From Terriglobia bacterium (GTDB lineage Bacteria > Acidobacteriota > Terriglobia > Acidiferrales > UBA7541): a stretch of 64,000 bases of DNA. Numbering within the stretch: position 1 is the stretch's first letter; each line of letters opens with the position of its first letter. The position numbers were made by a program, and so were the translations under genes. The notes beneath the pieces were generated by a model that was given only the letters and a program-made list of their open reading frames with translations, made no database searches and was not told the DNA's origin. The stretch spans positions 3,648,001-3,712,000 of the forward strand of contig OY968796.1 of the NCBI GenBank assembly GCA_963695545.1, given 5' to 3'. Shown here one piece after another: positions 1 to 8,815 of this stretch.

Positions 1-1
1 G

Positions 2-772
2 CAGAAGCGCGTTCCGCTCACGCGCGATAAGCAGCAGGTGATCGACGCGCTCGATACGCTCCAAGCCGGCGGCTCAACCGATATCAACGACGCGATCTAC
101 GACGCCGCCGAATATCTCCGCGCGCAATCGCACGGCATGCGCCGCGTGATCGTGCTCGTCAGCGACAATGTTGGCACGCGCGCCGGTTCGGTCACGCCCG
201 ACGGCGTACTCCAAGCCGTGCTCGAGGCCGATACGCCGGTCTACAGCCTGAAGGTGATCGGCGAGCAGGGCGGCGGATATCACCGCGGTGGTGGCGGCGG
301 TCCGGGCGGCGGAGGACGCGGCGGCGGCGGTGGTTGGCCTGGCGGAGGCGGTGGCGGCTGGCCCGGCGGCGGAGGTGGCTGGCCCGGTGGCGGCGGGGGT
401 GGCTACCCCGGTGGTGGAGGACGCGGCGGCGGTGGCTACCCGGGTGGCGGCCGCGGCGGTGGTTCGCAGCAGGCCAATTCGAAGGACATCGTAAACGTTC
501 AGAAAATCGCCGACGCATCCGGCGGCCAGGTTTTCGACGTGAAGACGGAAGGCTCGCTCGATAAAGCGTTCCAGGATTGTATGGATCGCCTCAAGTTACG
601 CTACACGCTCGGCTACTACTCGAGCAGCAAATCGACCGCCGGCGGCTATCGCAAGCTGGACGTAAGCCTGATATCGAATTTCGGCAAGCCGGGAAAAGAC
701 TATACGGTCGCGGCGAAACAGGGTTACTACGCCGCGGTGAGCACGGCGTCCGCTTCGGCGGGCAATCCCTGA
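2..772 (+). CDS. VWA domain-containing protein, 5'-partial, with Gly-rich insertion
   Basis: Frame is open from base 2. VWA-like motifs T-DINDAIY, RRVIVLVSD, ASGG and YTLGYYS; internal GGGG(W/Y)P repeats. Confidence 0.8.
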   Translation, partial: QKRVPLTRDKQQVIDALDTLQAGGSTDINDAIYDAAEYLRAQSHGMRRVIVLVSDNVGTRAGSVTPDGVLQAVLEADTPVYSLKVIGEQGGGYHRGGGGGPGGGGRGGGGGWPGGGGGGWPGGGGGWPGGGGGGYPGGGGRGGGGYPGGGRGGGSQQANSKDIVNVQKIADASGGQVFDVKTEGSLDKAFQDCMDRLKLRYTLGYYSSSKSTAGGYRKLDVSLISNFGKPGKDYTVAAKQGYYAAVSTASASAGNP

Positions 773-811
773 GAAACATTTTGATGCATTGTGAAAACGG
801 GTGCGCGGATT

Positions 812-3046
812 TTACTGCGCGCCCGCGATCTGCCAGAGCCTGACCGTTCCATCCTTGCTCGAGGAAACCAGCAGCTTCCCGTCGTGACTCATCGACAGGC
901 TCACCACGGCGTCGGTGTGCCCCGTGAGCGTGTTGAGCAGTTCTCCGCTCGATGCATTCCACACGCCGATGTTCTTATCATCGCTCGCCGAAATCAGGTA
1001 ATTGCCGTCCGGCGTGAACGCGAGATCGTTGATGGCCTGCTGATCGCTCGCGACGAGCATCTTGATCGGCGCGGGAGATCCGCCGCCAACATTCCATAGA
1101 TAAATCACTCCCTTGTTGTCGGCAGTGGCCAAGTGGGTTCCGTCCGCGCTGAACGCCACGGAGTGAATCGCGCCCGTGTGGCTCTTGAGGTCCGCGAATT
1201 GGCTTTGATCTGCAACGGTCCAAAGATAGACCTCGCCGTCATTGCCGCCTTCGGCCAAAAGCCGGCCGTCGGGACTAAAGCGAATCTCGCTGATGTCCGG
1301 CGCGGGGGTTTGAATCGTAGCGATAAATTTTCCGGATGGAATGGCCCACAGCGAAATCGCCTGTCCGCTTCCCGCCGCGGCGATCATCGTGCCGTCGGGG
1401 CTGTACGCCACAGTCCACAGCGGAAAGTCTCCGGGAAAGCTCATCACCGGCGAAGCGTCGGAGGTGTTCCATGTGAATAGCGATTTGTCGCCGGAGGCGC
1501 TGGCCACCTGCTGGCCATCCGGCGTGAAAGCCACGCCGAAAATCGGTCCATTCTGCCGCGACATCGTTTGCACGTTGTTGGTCGCAAGGTTCCAAAGCTT
1601 CAGAGTGTTGTCGTTGTCTCCCGTAGCCAGCGTGTTTCCGTCCGGACTGAGCGCCGTGTTCCACACTTCTCCAGCTTGCGGCGTGAGCACCTGCTTTTCC
1701 ACGTACGCCGGCCCGGTCGAAGTCGTGCCCGCAGTCGGATTGCTGTAAACATTGCTGCTGGAATTCGAGTCCGAAGTCGTGGTCGTGGTGTTGTTGTCTA
1801 CCGTCGAATGCGCGCGCTGATACATGAAACCGATTCCGATCAAAATCGCGACCAAGAGAAATATCCCGCCCACTACGCCGAGCGCCACATAAAGCCACGG
1901 CGAACGCCGCTTCTTCTCCGGCTGCACGTATACCGGCGGCACCGGCGCCTGCGGCTGCGGCTGCCACGGCTGAGCAGGCGGCGGTGTAGGCCACGCTTGC
2001 TGCGATGGAGGAGGCGGCTGCGTCGGCGGTACGCCAGATCCCGCCGGCGCCCCCGCGAAAGTGCCCGGCGCCGGCTGCGGCGCGGTCGCATTCCTGGCCG
2101 CCGTCTGATCCTTGATTTGATCGAGCCAACCGCCCTGAGCCGGCGCGGAAGTTTGCATAGGCGGAGGTGGGGGCGTCGGCGCAGGTGCGTAGGGTGGCGG
2201 CGGTGCGGACTGACTCGTCACTCCGATCACTGCGATTTCGCCGGGGTGCTCGAGCGCCGCGCCAAACGCCTCACAGGTTTGAAAGCGCTCGTCGGGCTTT
2301 TTCGCCAAAGCTTCGAGCGTGGCTCGCTCGATGCCGGCCGGAATGTACGGGTAGTGTCGCGTGGGCAAAGGCGGCGGAGTATTCACGTGCGCGGTCATCA
2401 ACTGATAATCGCTCTGGTCCTCGAACGGCAAGTGCGCCGTCAGAAGTTGGAACAGCGTCACGCCAAGACTGTAAATGTCCGAGCGGATGTCCACCGGCTG
2501 ATTCAAAATTTGTTCCGGCGACATGTAGGCCATGGTTCCCATGCGCGTGCCGGTGCGCGTCATGCTTTTATCGCCGATCACTTTGGCGATTCCGAAATCC
2601 ATGACCTTTACGATTCCGGATTTCGTCACCATGATATTGCTGGGCTTGATGTCGCGGTGAATGATGCCCATGCGATGCGCGTACCCAATGCCCATGAGCG
2701 CTTGCCGGAACAGCGGCACGGCTTCGTCGGAAGGAATCGGTCCGCGTCGCATGATCATTTGCTCGAAACTTTCGCCGTCCAGATATTCCATCACGATCAG
2801 TTGGCGATCGCCGAATCGCTCGAAGGCGTGCAGCGTGGCGATGTTCGTGTGCGATAGCCGCGCTTGGGCCTTGGCTTCGATGCGGAAGCGTTCCATCAGC
2901 TCGCGATTCGCGGAAAGCTCCTCGGCGAGAACTTTGATGGCCACAAAGCGATCAAGCGACGTATCCATCGCCTTGTAAACCGTGCCCATGCCGCCGCTGC
3001 CGAGCTCTTCAAGGAGTTGGTAGTGTCCTATGAATACTTCGTCCAT
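812..3046 (-). CDS. Hanks-type Ser/Thr protein kinase with Pro-rich linker, one TM helix and C-terminal WD40 propeller
   Basis: LGSGGMGTVY, VAIK, HRDIKPSN, DFG and YMSPEQ motifs; TM WLYVALGVVGGIFLLVAILIGIGF; about 7 WD40 repeats (e.g. GHTDAV...VRLW). Confidence 0.95.
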   Translation of the reverse strand: MDEVFIGHYQLLEELGSGGMGTVYKAMDTSLDRFVAIKVLAEELSANRELMERFRIEAKAQARLSHTNIATLHAFERFGDRQLIVMEYLDGESFEQMIMRRGPIPSDEAVPLFRQALMGIGYAHRMGIIHRDIKPSNIMVTKSGIVKVMDFGIAKVIGDKSMTRTGTRMGTMAYMSPEQILNQPVDIRSDIYSLGVTLFQLLTAHLPFEDQSDYQLMTAHVNTPPPLPTRHYPYIPAGIERATLEALAKKPDERFQTCEAFGAALEHPGEIAVIGVTSQSAPPPPYAPAPTPPPPPMQTSAPAQGGWLDQIKDQTAARNATAPQPAPGTFAGAPAGSGVPPTQPPPPSQQAWPTPPPAQPWQPQPQAPVPPVYVQPEKKRRSPWLYVALGVVGGIFLLVAILIGIGFMYQRAHSTVDNNTTTTTSDSNSSSNVYSNPTAGTTSTGPAYVEKQVLTPQAGEVWNTALSPDGNTLATGDNDNTLKLWNLATNNVQTMSRQNGPIFGVAFTPDGQQVASASGDKSLFTWNTSDASPVMSFPGDFPLWTVAYSPDGTMIAAAGSGQAISLWAIPSGKFIATIQTPAPDISEIRFSPDGRLLAEGGNDGEVYLWTVADQSQFADLKSHTGAIHSVAFSADGTHLATADNKGVIYLWNVGGGSPAPIKMLVASDQQAINDLAFTPDGNYLISASDDKNIGVWNASSGELLNTLTGHTDAVVSLSMSHDGKLLVSSSKDGTVRLWQIAGAQ

Positions 3047-3204
3047 GGTTGGGCCGGTTGGCGACTCCTCGAGAAAACGCGATTCGCAAATTCTAGCATG
3101 ATTGCCCGTGCCGCTGAATGCGGTTCCCCGCCCGGTTGCGGCGTTCGGAACCCAGGCGAGCCGGGGCGTAGTTTTCGAGCTAACGCCTCCCGTAGAATTG
3201 CGTC

Positions 3205-5208
3205 ATGCCGCGATGGACGCCCGCATCGATCCGCCTGCGCATCAACGCTCGTGCGCGCGCGCCGCGCAAGCCGGGCGCGGATCAAGATGCCCGCGACATT
3301 TTAATTCTCCTTCTGCTGGCTGTGCTGCCATATGTGAACACGTTGTTCTCGAATTTCGTATACGACGACAACTTGCAAGTTCTGGCCAATCCTTTCGTTC
3401 ACAGCTTTCGTCATCTGCGCGAAGTGTTCACCACCACGGTCTGGTCGTTTCAAGGCGCGCAGGGCGTCACGAATTATTACCGGCCGCTGATGACCTTCAG
3501 TTACTTGCTCTGCTACAAACTTTTCGGCCCGGTGCCGTTCGGCTTCCACCTGATCAACATCGCGTGGAACGCGTGGGTGGTTTGCCTGGTGTACTGGGTG
3601 GCGCGAAAAATGTTTGGCGATCGCACCGCTGCTTTGATCGCCGCCGGACTTTTTGCGCTGCACCCGATCCACACGGAATCGGTGGCTTGGATCGCGGGCG
3701 TCACCGATCTCGAACTGACCGCGTTCTTTCTGGTTACGTTCTCGTTGTATCTCGGCCTCTCCGCCGGGGATGGCGCCGCGCAGGGAGAAGGAGCGCGCTC
3801 GCCGCAACTCGGACGCAGGCTGGCGATTGGCGGAGTTTTCGTGCTCGCGCTTCTCTCGAAAGAGCAAGCGATCACTCTTCCCGCGCTGCTCACGGTCTAT
3901 GAGCATTTTTTCCGCGACGACCGCGCCCTCACTTCGTTTCGCGAAAAACTTTCGCGCTATCTGCCGCTGTGGGGCCTCGCGGGAATTTACGTTTTCATTC
4001 GACTTTTTTATCTCGGAGGCATGGCGGCGGTGCGCACGCGGCCCGGGCTCAGCGACAAAGAGATCGTTCTTTCCGCGATCGCCATGGTGGGCCAATATCT
4101 TGGAAAGCTGATTTGGCCGAAACATCTCTCGGCGTTCTACGTTTTCTACAAGAGCAGCGAGTGGACCGATCCTCGCGTTTTATTCGGACTCGCCGGACTT
4201 TTGATCTGCGGCGCCGCGTTCTTGTGGCTCTGGAAAAACGCGCGGACCGCGGCGTTTTCGTTTTTGTGGATGGGCGCGACGCTGGCTCCGGTTCTGAACG
4301 CGCGGTGGATGCCTGCGAGTGTTTTCGCCGAGCGCTACCTCTACTTGCCGTCGGTCGGATTCTGTTGGCTCGTTGGCTGGGGCGTTGCGCGCATTCTGGA
4401 AAATGTGCGCATACCCTCCTTTGCGCGCGCGACCGTAGCGGTCGCAGTCGGTGTCGCTGCGCTCGTCGGAGGAATCGCAACCGTGCGGCGCAATCGCGAT
4501 TGGCGCGACCAGGAAACACTTTTTCTTGAAACGCTCGCGACGAATCCGGATTCCGGCTTGATCCGTTCCAATCTCGGCAGCGTTTACTTCAATCAAGGCG
4601 ACCTCGTTGGCGCGGAACGCGAATGGGATCAGGCGCTCGCGGCGGGACCTCGCAGCGTTTTCACGCTGATCAATTTCGGCTTGCTGCGCCAAAGGCAAGA
4701 TCGCTATTTCGAGTCGCAGCAATTTTTCGAGCGCGCCATCCGCGCGCGCCCGGATTATATGGACGCGCATCTTTATTACGCGGAAATGCTCGAATCCATC
4801 GACCGCGATGCCGAAGCCGACTGGCAATATCGCCTCGCGGTGACGCTCGATCCGTACGATTCGGGCGCGCACTTCGCTTACGGGCAATTCCTGCAAACAC
4901 TCGGCCGGCTCGACGAGGCTAAGGCGCAATACGAGGCATCCGTGGCCGAGGACGTCGTGCCCGGCGCGTACGACGGATTGGGCGACATCTACCAAGCGTG
5001 GCACGAGACGCCGCTCGCCGAGCGCGCGTTCAGAATCGCCGTACAAAACGACGCGCTCGACAGCCATGCGCATTTCGCTCTCGGCGCGATCGAAGCGGCG
5101 GACGGACGTAACGCCGACGCGATTCGCGATTACCGCGCGGGACTCGAAATGGATCCGACGAACGCCGATGCGCTTGCGGCGCTGCGACGATTGGCGGCTT
5201 CGCCATGA
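3205..5208 (+). CDS. Polytopic membrane protein with C-terminal TPRs (TMTC-like / GT-C glycosyltransferase-like)
   Basis: FVYDD, YYRPL, LFALHPIHTESVAWI, SKE and ERYLYLPS motifs, followed by TPR repeats. Confidence 0.8.
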   Translation: MPRWTPASIRLRINARARAPRKPGADQDARDILILLLLAVLPYVNTLFSNFVYDDNLQVLANPFVHSFRHLREVFTTTVWSFQGAQGVTNYYRPLMTFSYLLCYKLFGPVPFGFHLINIAWNAWVVCLVYWVARKMFGDRTAALIAAGLFALHPIHTESVAWIAGVTDLELTAFFLVTFSLYLGLSAGDGAAQGEGARSPQLGRRLAIGGVFVLALLSKEQAITLPALLTVYEHFFRDDRALTSFREKLSRYLPLWGLAGIYVFIRLFYLGGMAAVRTRPGLSDKEIVLSAIAMVGQYLGKLIWPKHLSAFYVFYKSSEWTDPRVLFGLAGLLICGAAFLWLWKNARTAAFSFLWMGATLAPVLNARWMPASVFAERYLYLPSVGFCWLVGWGVARILENVRIPSFARATVAVAVGVAALVGGIATVRRNRDWRDQETLFLETLATNPDSGLIRSNLGSVYFNQGDLVGAEREWDQALAAGPRSVFTLINFGLLRQRQDRYFESQQFFERAIRARPDYMDAHLYYAEMLESIDRDAEADWQYRLAVTLDPYDSGAHFAYGQFLQTLGRLDEAKAQYEASVAEDVVPGAYDGLGDIYQAWHETPLAERAFRIAVQNDALDSHAHFALGAIEAADGRNADAIRDYRAGLEMDPTNADALAALRRLAASP

Positions 5209-5540
5209 GCAACGCGACACGCGACGCGGCGAATGGCGCGGCCGAACGATTGCTTCTCCGCGCGTTGTGCCGCACGGAAACTTCCGGCACGCTGCGCGGC
5301 ACGATGCTTGGCGCGCTCGCGGCGCACCAATTCGTCGAGCCGGAGCACGAAGTGGTGTTCGGCGCGCTGCGCGATTTGCAGAGCGTCGGGCGCGTCGCGA
5401 CGCAAGCGCGCATGGAAGAGATGCTGCTGCGCCGCGGATTTCCCGATCTCGATCTCGCCGGCTACTTCGCCCCGACGGGGCGGGCGATCACGCTCACGGA
5501 AATTTCGGATGCGCTCCGCGCGATCGGGCATAGCAACTGA
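5205..5540 (+). CDS. Small hypothetical protein, possibly DnaB N-terminal-domain-like
   Basis: ATGA overlap with the upstream stop; AERLLLRAL...FVEPEHEVVFGALRDL resembles DnaB_N. Confidence 0.5.
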   Translation: MSNATRDAANGAAERLLLRALCRTETSGTLRGTMLGALAAHQFVEPEHEVVFGALRDLQSVGRVATQARMEEMLLRRGFPDLDLAGYFAPTGRAITLTEISDALRAIGHSN

Positions 5541-5559
5541 GCGCGGCGCGAACAAAACC

Positions 5560-5585
5560 GGGCGGAGGCAAGCTCCGCCCCTACA
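5560..5585 (-). repeat. GTAG-type REP hairpin
   Basis: GGGCGGAG-gcaag-CTCCGCCC-CTACA; near-identical copy at 10761-10786. Confidence 0.75.
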
Positions 5586-5590
5586 AAAAC

Positions 5591-6721
5591 TCAAAGATTC
5601 CATGCGTCGTAGCGCTTCGCCGTCGAGCGTGGCACGTCGGACGCGCGCGTGGCGGCGGGCGCGGCGTTAGCGCGCGGATTTGTCCAGCGGCCGGGGATGG
5701 CGGTGCCGCAATCGGGGCAACGGCCATCGCGGATGCGGTTTTGCAATACGTCGTGCCAGGCGCGATGCACGAGCACGCGGCGGCAGCCGGGGCAGATGGT
5801 GTCGCCGGCATCGGTTTTGATGTTGCCTTCGTAGACGTAGTGCAGTCCAGCGTCGAGCGCGATGCGGCGCGCGCGATCCAGAGTTTCGGGCGGAGTGCGC
5901 GGCTTATCGCGCATTTTGAAATCGGGATGAAACGCGGTGAAGTGCAACGGAATATCGGGGCCCAGATGCTCCAGGATCCAGTCGGCGAGCTCGCGCGTTT
6001 CGTCGGGATCGTCATTGAGTCCGGGGATCATGAGATTGGTGATCTCGAACCAAACTTGCGTTTCGTTCTTTAGCCACATGAGCGTGTCGAGGACGGGCTG
6101 CAAGTGCGTGAGCGTGGTGCGTCCGTAGAAACCTTCGGTGAAGGCTTTGAGATCGACGTTCGCGGCGTCAACGTGATCGTAAATATCGTGGAAGGCTTCG
6201 CGAGTGATGTAGCCGTTGGTGACCATCACGGTGGAAAGACCGGCGGCGTGCGCGGCGTCGCAGATGTCGACAACATACTCGCCCCAAATTGTCGGCTCGT
6301 TGTACGTGAACGCAATCGAGGGGCAGCCATTTTCGATGGCCAGCGCAACGACATCCTCGGGCGGGACGAATGTGGAATGCACTTGATCGTGCTTCGATTT
6401 CGAGATGTCCCAATTCTGGCAGAAGAAGCAGCCCATGTTGCAGCCCGCAGTGCCCATCGAAAAAACGCGCGTGCCGGGAAGAAAATGATTGAGAGGTTTT
6501 TTCTCAATGGGATCGATTTGAAGGGCGGCCGGAGAGGCGTAGCCGAGGCTGTAGAGTTTGCCGCCTTGATTCACGCGGATGAAACAGAAGCCGCTTTGTC
6601 CTTCGCCGATGTGGCAGTGGCGCGGGCAGAGGTAGCAATGAACGCGACCGGCGGGCTCGGGATTCCACCAGCGCGCTTCATGGAGCGATTCGGTCTTCTG
6701 GAAAATGCGTAGTTCTTCCAT
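5591..6721 (-). CDS. amrS: AmmeMemoRadiSam system radical SAM enzyme
   Basis: N-terminal CYLCPRHC, DPIEKKPL, radical SAM CNMGCFFC, FTYNEP, C-terminal CPGC/CPDC. Confidence 0.9.
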   Translation of the reverse strand: MEELRIFQKTESLHEARWWNPEPAGRVHCYLCPRHCHIGEGQSGFCFIRVNQGGKLYSLGYASPAALQIDPIEKKPLNHFLPGTRVFSMGTAGCNMGCFFCQNWDISKSKHDQVHSTFVPPEDVVALAIENGCPSIAFTYNEPTIWGEYVVDICDAAHAAGLSTVMVTNGYITREAFHDIYDHVDAANVDLKAFTEGFYGRTTLTHLQPVLDTLMWLKNETQVWFEITNLMIPGLNDDPDETRELADWILEHLGPDIPLHFTAFHPDFKMRDKPRTPPETLDRARRIALDAGLHYVYEGNIKTDAGDTICPGCRRVLVHRAWHDVLQNRIRDGRCPDCGTAIPGRWTNPRANAAPAATRASDVPRSTAKRYDAWNL

Positions 6722-6745
6722 GCGGATGGCCTCAAGACGTGTGCA

Positions 6746-6952
6746 TCAACCGCGATGCTCTTCGGCCCAATCGAGAAATCGTTCGAGGCGCTCGCGTTCG
6801 CGCCAGACGATGGCGAAAAATTGCTTTGCGCCTAGAACGTGCATGTCGCCGCCGAGCAAGGTTTCAAGGCGCCAGCGAATGTACGGGCTGGCCCAGGGGC
6901 GCACGCGATAGCCCTTGGCCGCGGTCCAGTACATGCTGAGAGCGCGCAGCAT
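6746..6952 (-). CDS. Small hypothetical protein (68 aa)
   Basis: Co-oriented and tightly packed between two minus-strand genes; protein-like composition. Confidence 0.6.
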   Translation of the reverse strand: MLRALSMYWTAAKGYRVRPWASPYIRWRLETLLGGDMHVLGAKQFFAIVWRERERLERFLDWAEEHRG

Positions 6953-6967
6953 CGCGAGGCGCGCCGA

Positions 6968-7510
6968 TTAATTCCAACCTTTGCGCTTGCGCAGCGCGGT
7001 GACGTGGGCGACGTGGTGACGGCCGTGCCAGGAATAAATCGCCACGTTTCCATCGAGCGTGACCTGGCCCATTTCCGGATGGCGAATGGTGCGCGCGAAA
7101 TCTTCGGGCTTCATGGCGCGCAGAAGATCGACCCAGCGTTGGTGCAGCGCGATCAGCAAGGACATGGATATTTCGATGGGCAACTTGGAATCGTGCAGCT
7201 CGGCCCACAATTCCTGGTGGTAGGGCTTGATGGTGGGATCCTGCTCGGTGAGCGCGAGCTTGAAACGGACGAAAGCGTTCATGTGGCTATCGGCCACGTG
7301 ATGCACCAACTGGCGGACGGTCCAGCCGCCCTCGCGGTAGGGAGTGTCGAGTTGCGCTTGCGTGAGACCGGCCACGGCGTCGCTCAGGAGCGCGGGAGTT
7401 TCCGCGATTTGCTCGATGGCGTTGCGGCGCTCGTCGGGCGAGAGCGCGGATTTTCTTTCGAGCTTGCCGATTGGGTAACGCAGGTCGGGTGCAGCGGCTT
7501 CGGTTGGCAT
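6968..7510 (-). CDS. YfiT/BstA-family (DinB superfamily) thiol transferase
   Basis: DLRYPIG, LDTPYREGGWTVRQLVHHVADSH and YSWHGRHH motifs. Confidence 0.9.
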   Translation of the reverse strand: MPTEAAAPDLRYPIGKLERKSALSPDERRNAIEQIAETPALLSDAVAGLTQAQLDTPYREGGWTVRQLVHHVADSHMNAFVRFKLALTEQDPTIKPYHQELWAELHDSKLPIEISMSLLIALHQRWVDLLRAMKPEDFARTIRHPEMGQVTLDGNVAIYSWHGRHHVAHVTALRKRKGWN

Positions 7511-7579
7511 TTCAACCTCCTAGTTCAACAGGATACCGCAATTCCCTTCCGCGGTGTCGGCCGCGAGGATTTGGAGACC

Positions 7580-7950
7580 GAGGGGGTATATATACCCCCA
7601 TACCAAATACGTAAAGTGATGAAAGCACAGGGGTTGCAGGGAAAGAGTGCGGATGAGTGTGAAAATACGTGTGTTGATATCTTGTATTTTCAGCGAGATG
7701 CGAACTCATTTGCAATCGATTGAAGACAAAGGGGTTGGAAGGGCGATTTCTCGCATGAAAGTGCAATTTGATCACGGCGAGTCGATGAAATTTCGCGGGG
7801 CGGGCAAAGCTGGCGCGGTCAGTTGCCGACGGGCTCAAGCGCGAACGTGTGCGTTTGCAAATCACCGGGCAAGGTTAGCACAATGCTAACACACTTGTCA
7901 ATATTATTGGTCGTGCATTCGAATAGGAGGGTGTGGAAATTCATTCGAAC
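7580..7950 (-). repeat. Non-coding promoter + motif-array + G-tract element, copy A
   Basis: Read on minus: GTTCGAA, CTATTCGAAT, TTGACA-18-TAACCT, motifs AACCCCTTTGTCTTCAATCGATTGC and AACCCCTGTGCTTTCATCACTTTAC, CGCATCTCGCTGA, terminal GGGGGTATATATACCCCC. Collinear with 37900-38320. Confidence 0.7.
7872..7901 (-). promoter_or_regulatory. Sigma70-type promoter (TTGACA-18 bp-TGcTAACCT)
   Basis: Perfect -35 at 7901-7896 and extended -10 at 7880-7872 on the minus strand. Confidence 0.6.
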
Positions 7951-8024
7951 AGTGGGAAACGAAGGACGCGACATTAAGGGATGAGGCGACACGCTCATGC
8001 CCAGCGGCGGGAAGTGACGGCTAA

Positions 8025-8066
8025 CAAAAATAGGGAGGCCCGGCCCAGAGGTGCAGGGCCGGGCCA
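8025..8066 (-). terminator. Intrinsic terminator of 8085..8618
   Basis: GGCCCGGCCC/GGGCCGGGCC stem followed on the minus strand by TATTTTTG. Confidence 0.6.
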
Positions 8067-8084
8067 ATCGGATTTGGGAATCGA

Positions 8085-8618
8085 TCAGCTTGCGGGCTTC
8101 ATTGCGGGCGCCATGGGCTTCATGGGGGCCTTGGAGACCGAGTAGGTGCCTTTGACGTCGGAGACGACGGAGCCGTCGGCTGAGCCGGTGCCGCCGTAGG
8201 TGCCGCCGCCGCTGAGGCCCTTGAGTTTTCCGGTGCCACCGACGAAGGTCCAGCTTCCGTGGAAGGTCGAGGTTCCGTCCTGGGCCATGGTTATGGTGCC
8301 GGAGTACTTCGCGGTGTAGGTGTCGCCGTTGTCCATGGTGCCGACGTCGTAGCCGTGCTCGGTGACTTTGCCACCCCAGGCTTCATCGCTGTTGACGTCA
8401 ACGGAGCTGACCGGTTTCAGGCCGGCCAACTCGAAAGGCGTGGGCCAGGTGCAGTTGCCCTTCTGAATCATCAACGCGTGGCCCGGCATATCGGTGACGT
8501 CGACGGACTGTTGCACATCGGGCTTCGGGCAGGCTTCTTTGCCCGACAGTTTCATCTGCGCGGATGCGGGCACGGCGATGGCGCAGGACATCAGCAGGAG
8601 AAGGCTCAACTTCCTCAT
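8085..8618 (-). CDS. Secreted hypothetical beta-rich protein
   Basis: Signal peptide MRKLSLLLLMSCAIAVPASA; GGAGG RBS; GSWTFVGGTGKLKGLSGGG motif. Confidence 0.75.
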   Translation of the reverse strand: MRKLSLLLLMSCAIAVPASAQMKLSGKEACPKPDVQQSVDVTDMPGHALMIQKGNCTWPTPFELAGLKPVSSVDVNSDEAWGGKVTEHGYDVGTMDNGDTYTAKYSGTITMAQDGTSTFHGSWTFVGGTGKLKGLSGGGTYGGTGSADGSVVSDVKGTYSVSKAPMKPMAPAMKPAS

Positions 8619-8737
8619 GTTTTACCTCCGAAGAGTATTGGAGTGACTTCCGACTTGGGACTTTTACCCGCGCATGCTAATCCTTTTAGTGGGTTCGGCA
8701 CAACGAAATTGTTACGGGCATCGCGGCGACGAAAGGC

Positions 8738-8807
8738 TGCCGGCCTGAAGGCCGGCACTACACGGGCCGAAAGTCAAAAGCACACAGGCAGGAGTGCCTG
8801 TGCTACA
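8738..8807 (-). repeat. Two tandem GTAG-type REP hairpins
   Basis: TGCCGGCC-tgaa-GGCCGGCA-CTACA and CACAGGCA-ggag-TGCCTGTG-CTACA. Confidence 0.7.
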
Positions 8808-8815
8808 AGGACGGA

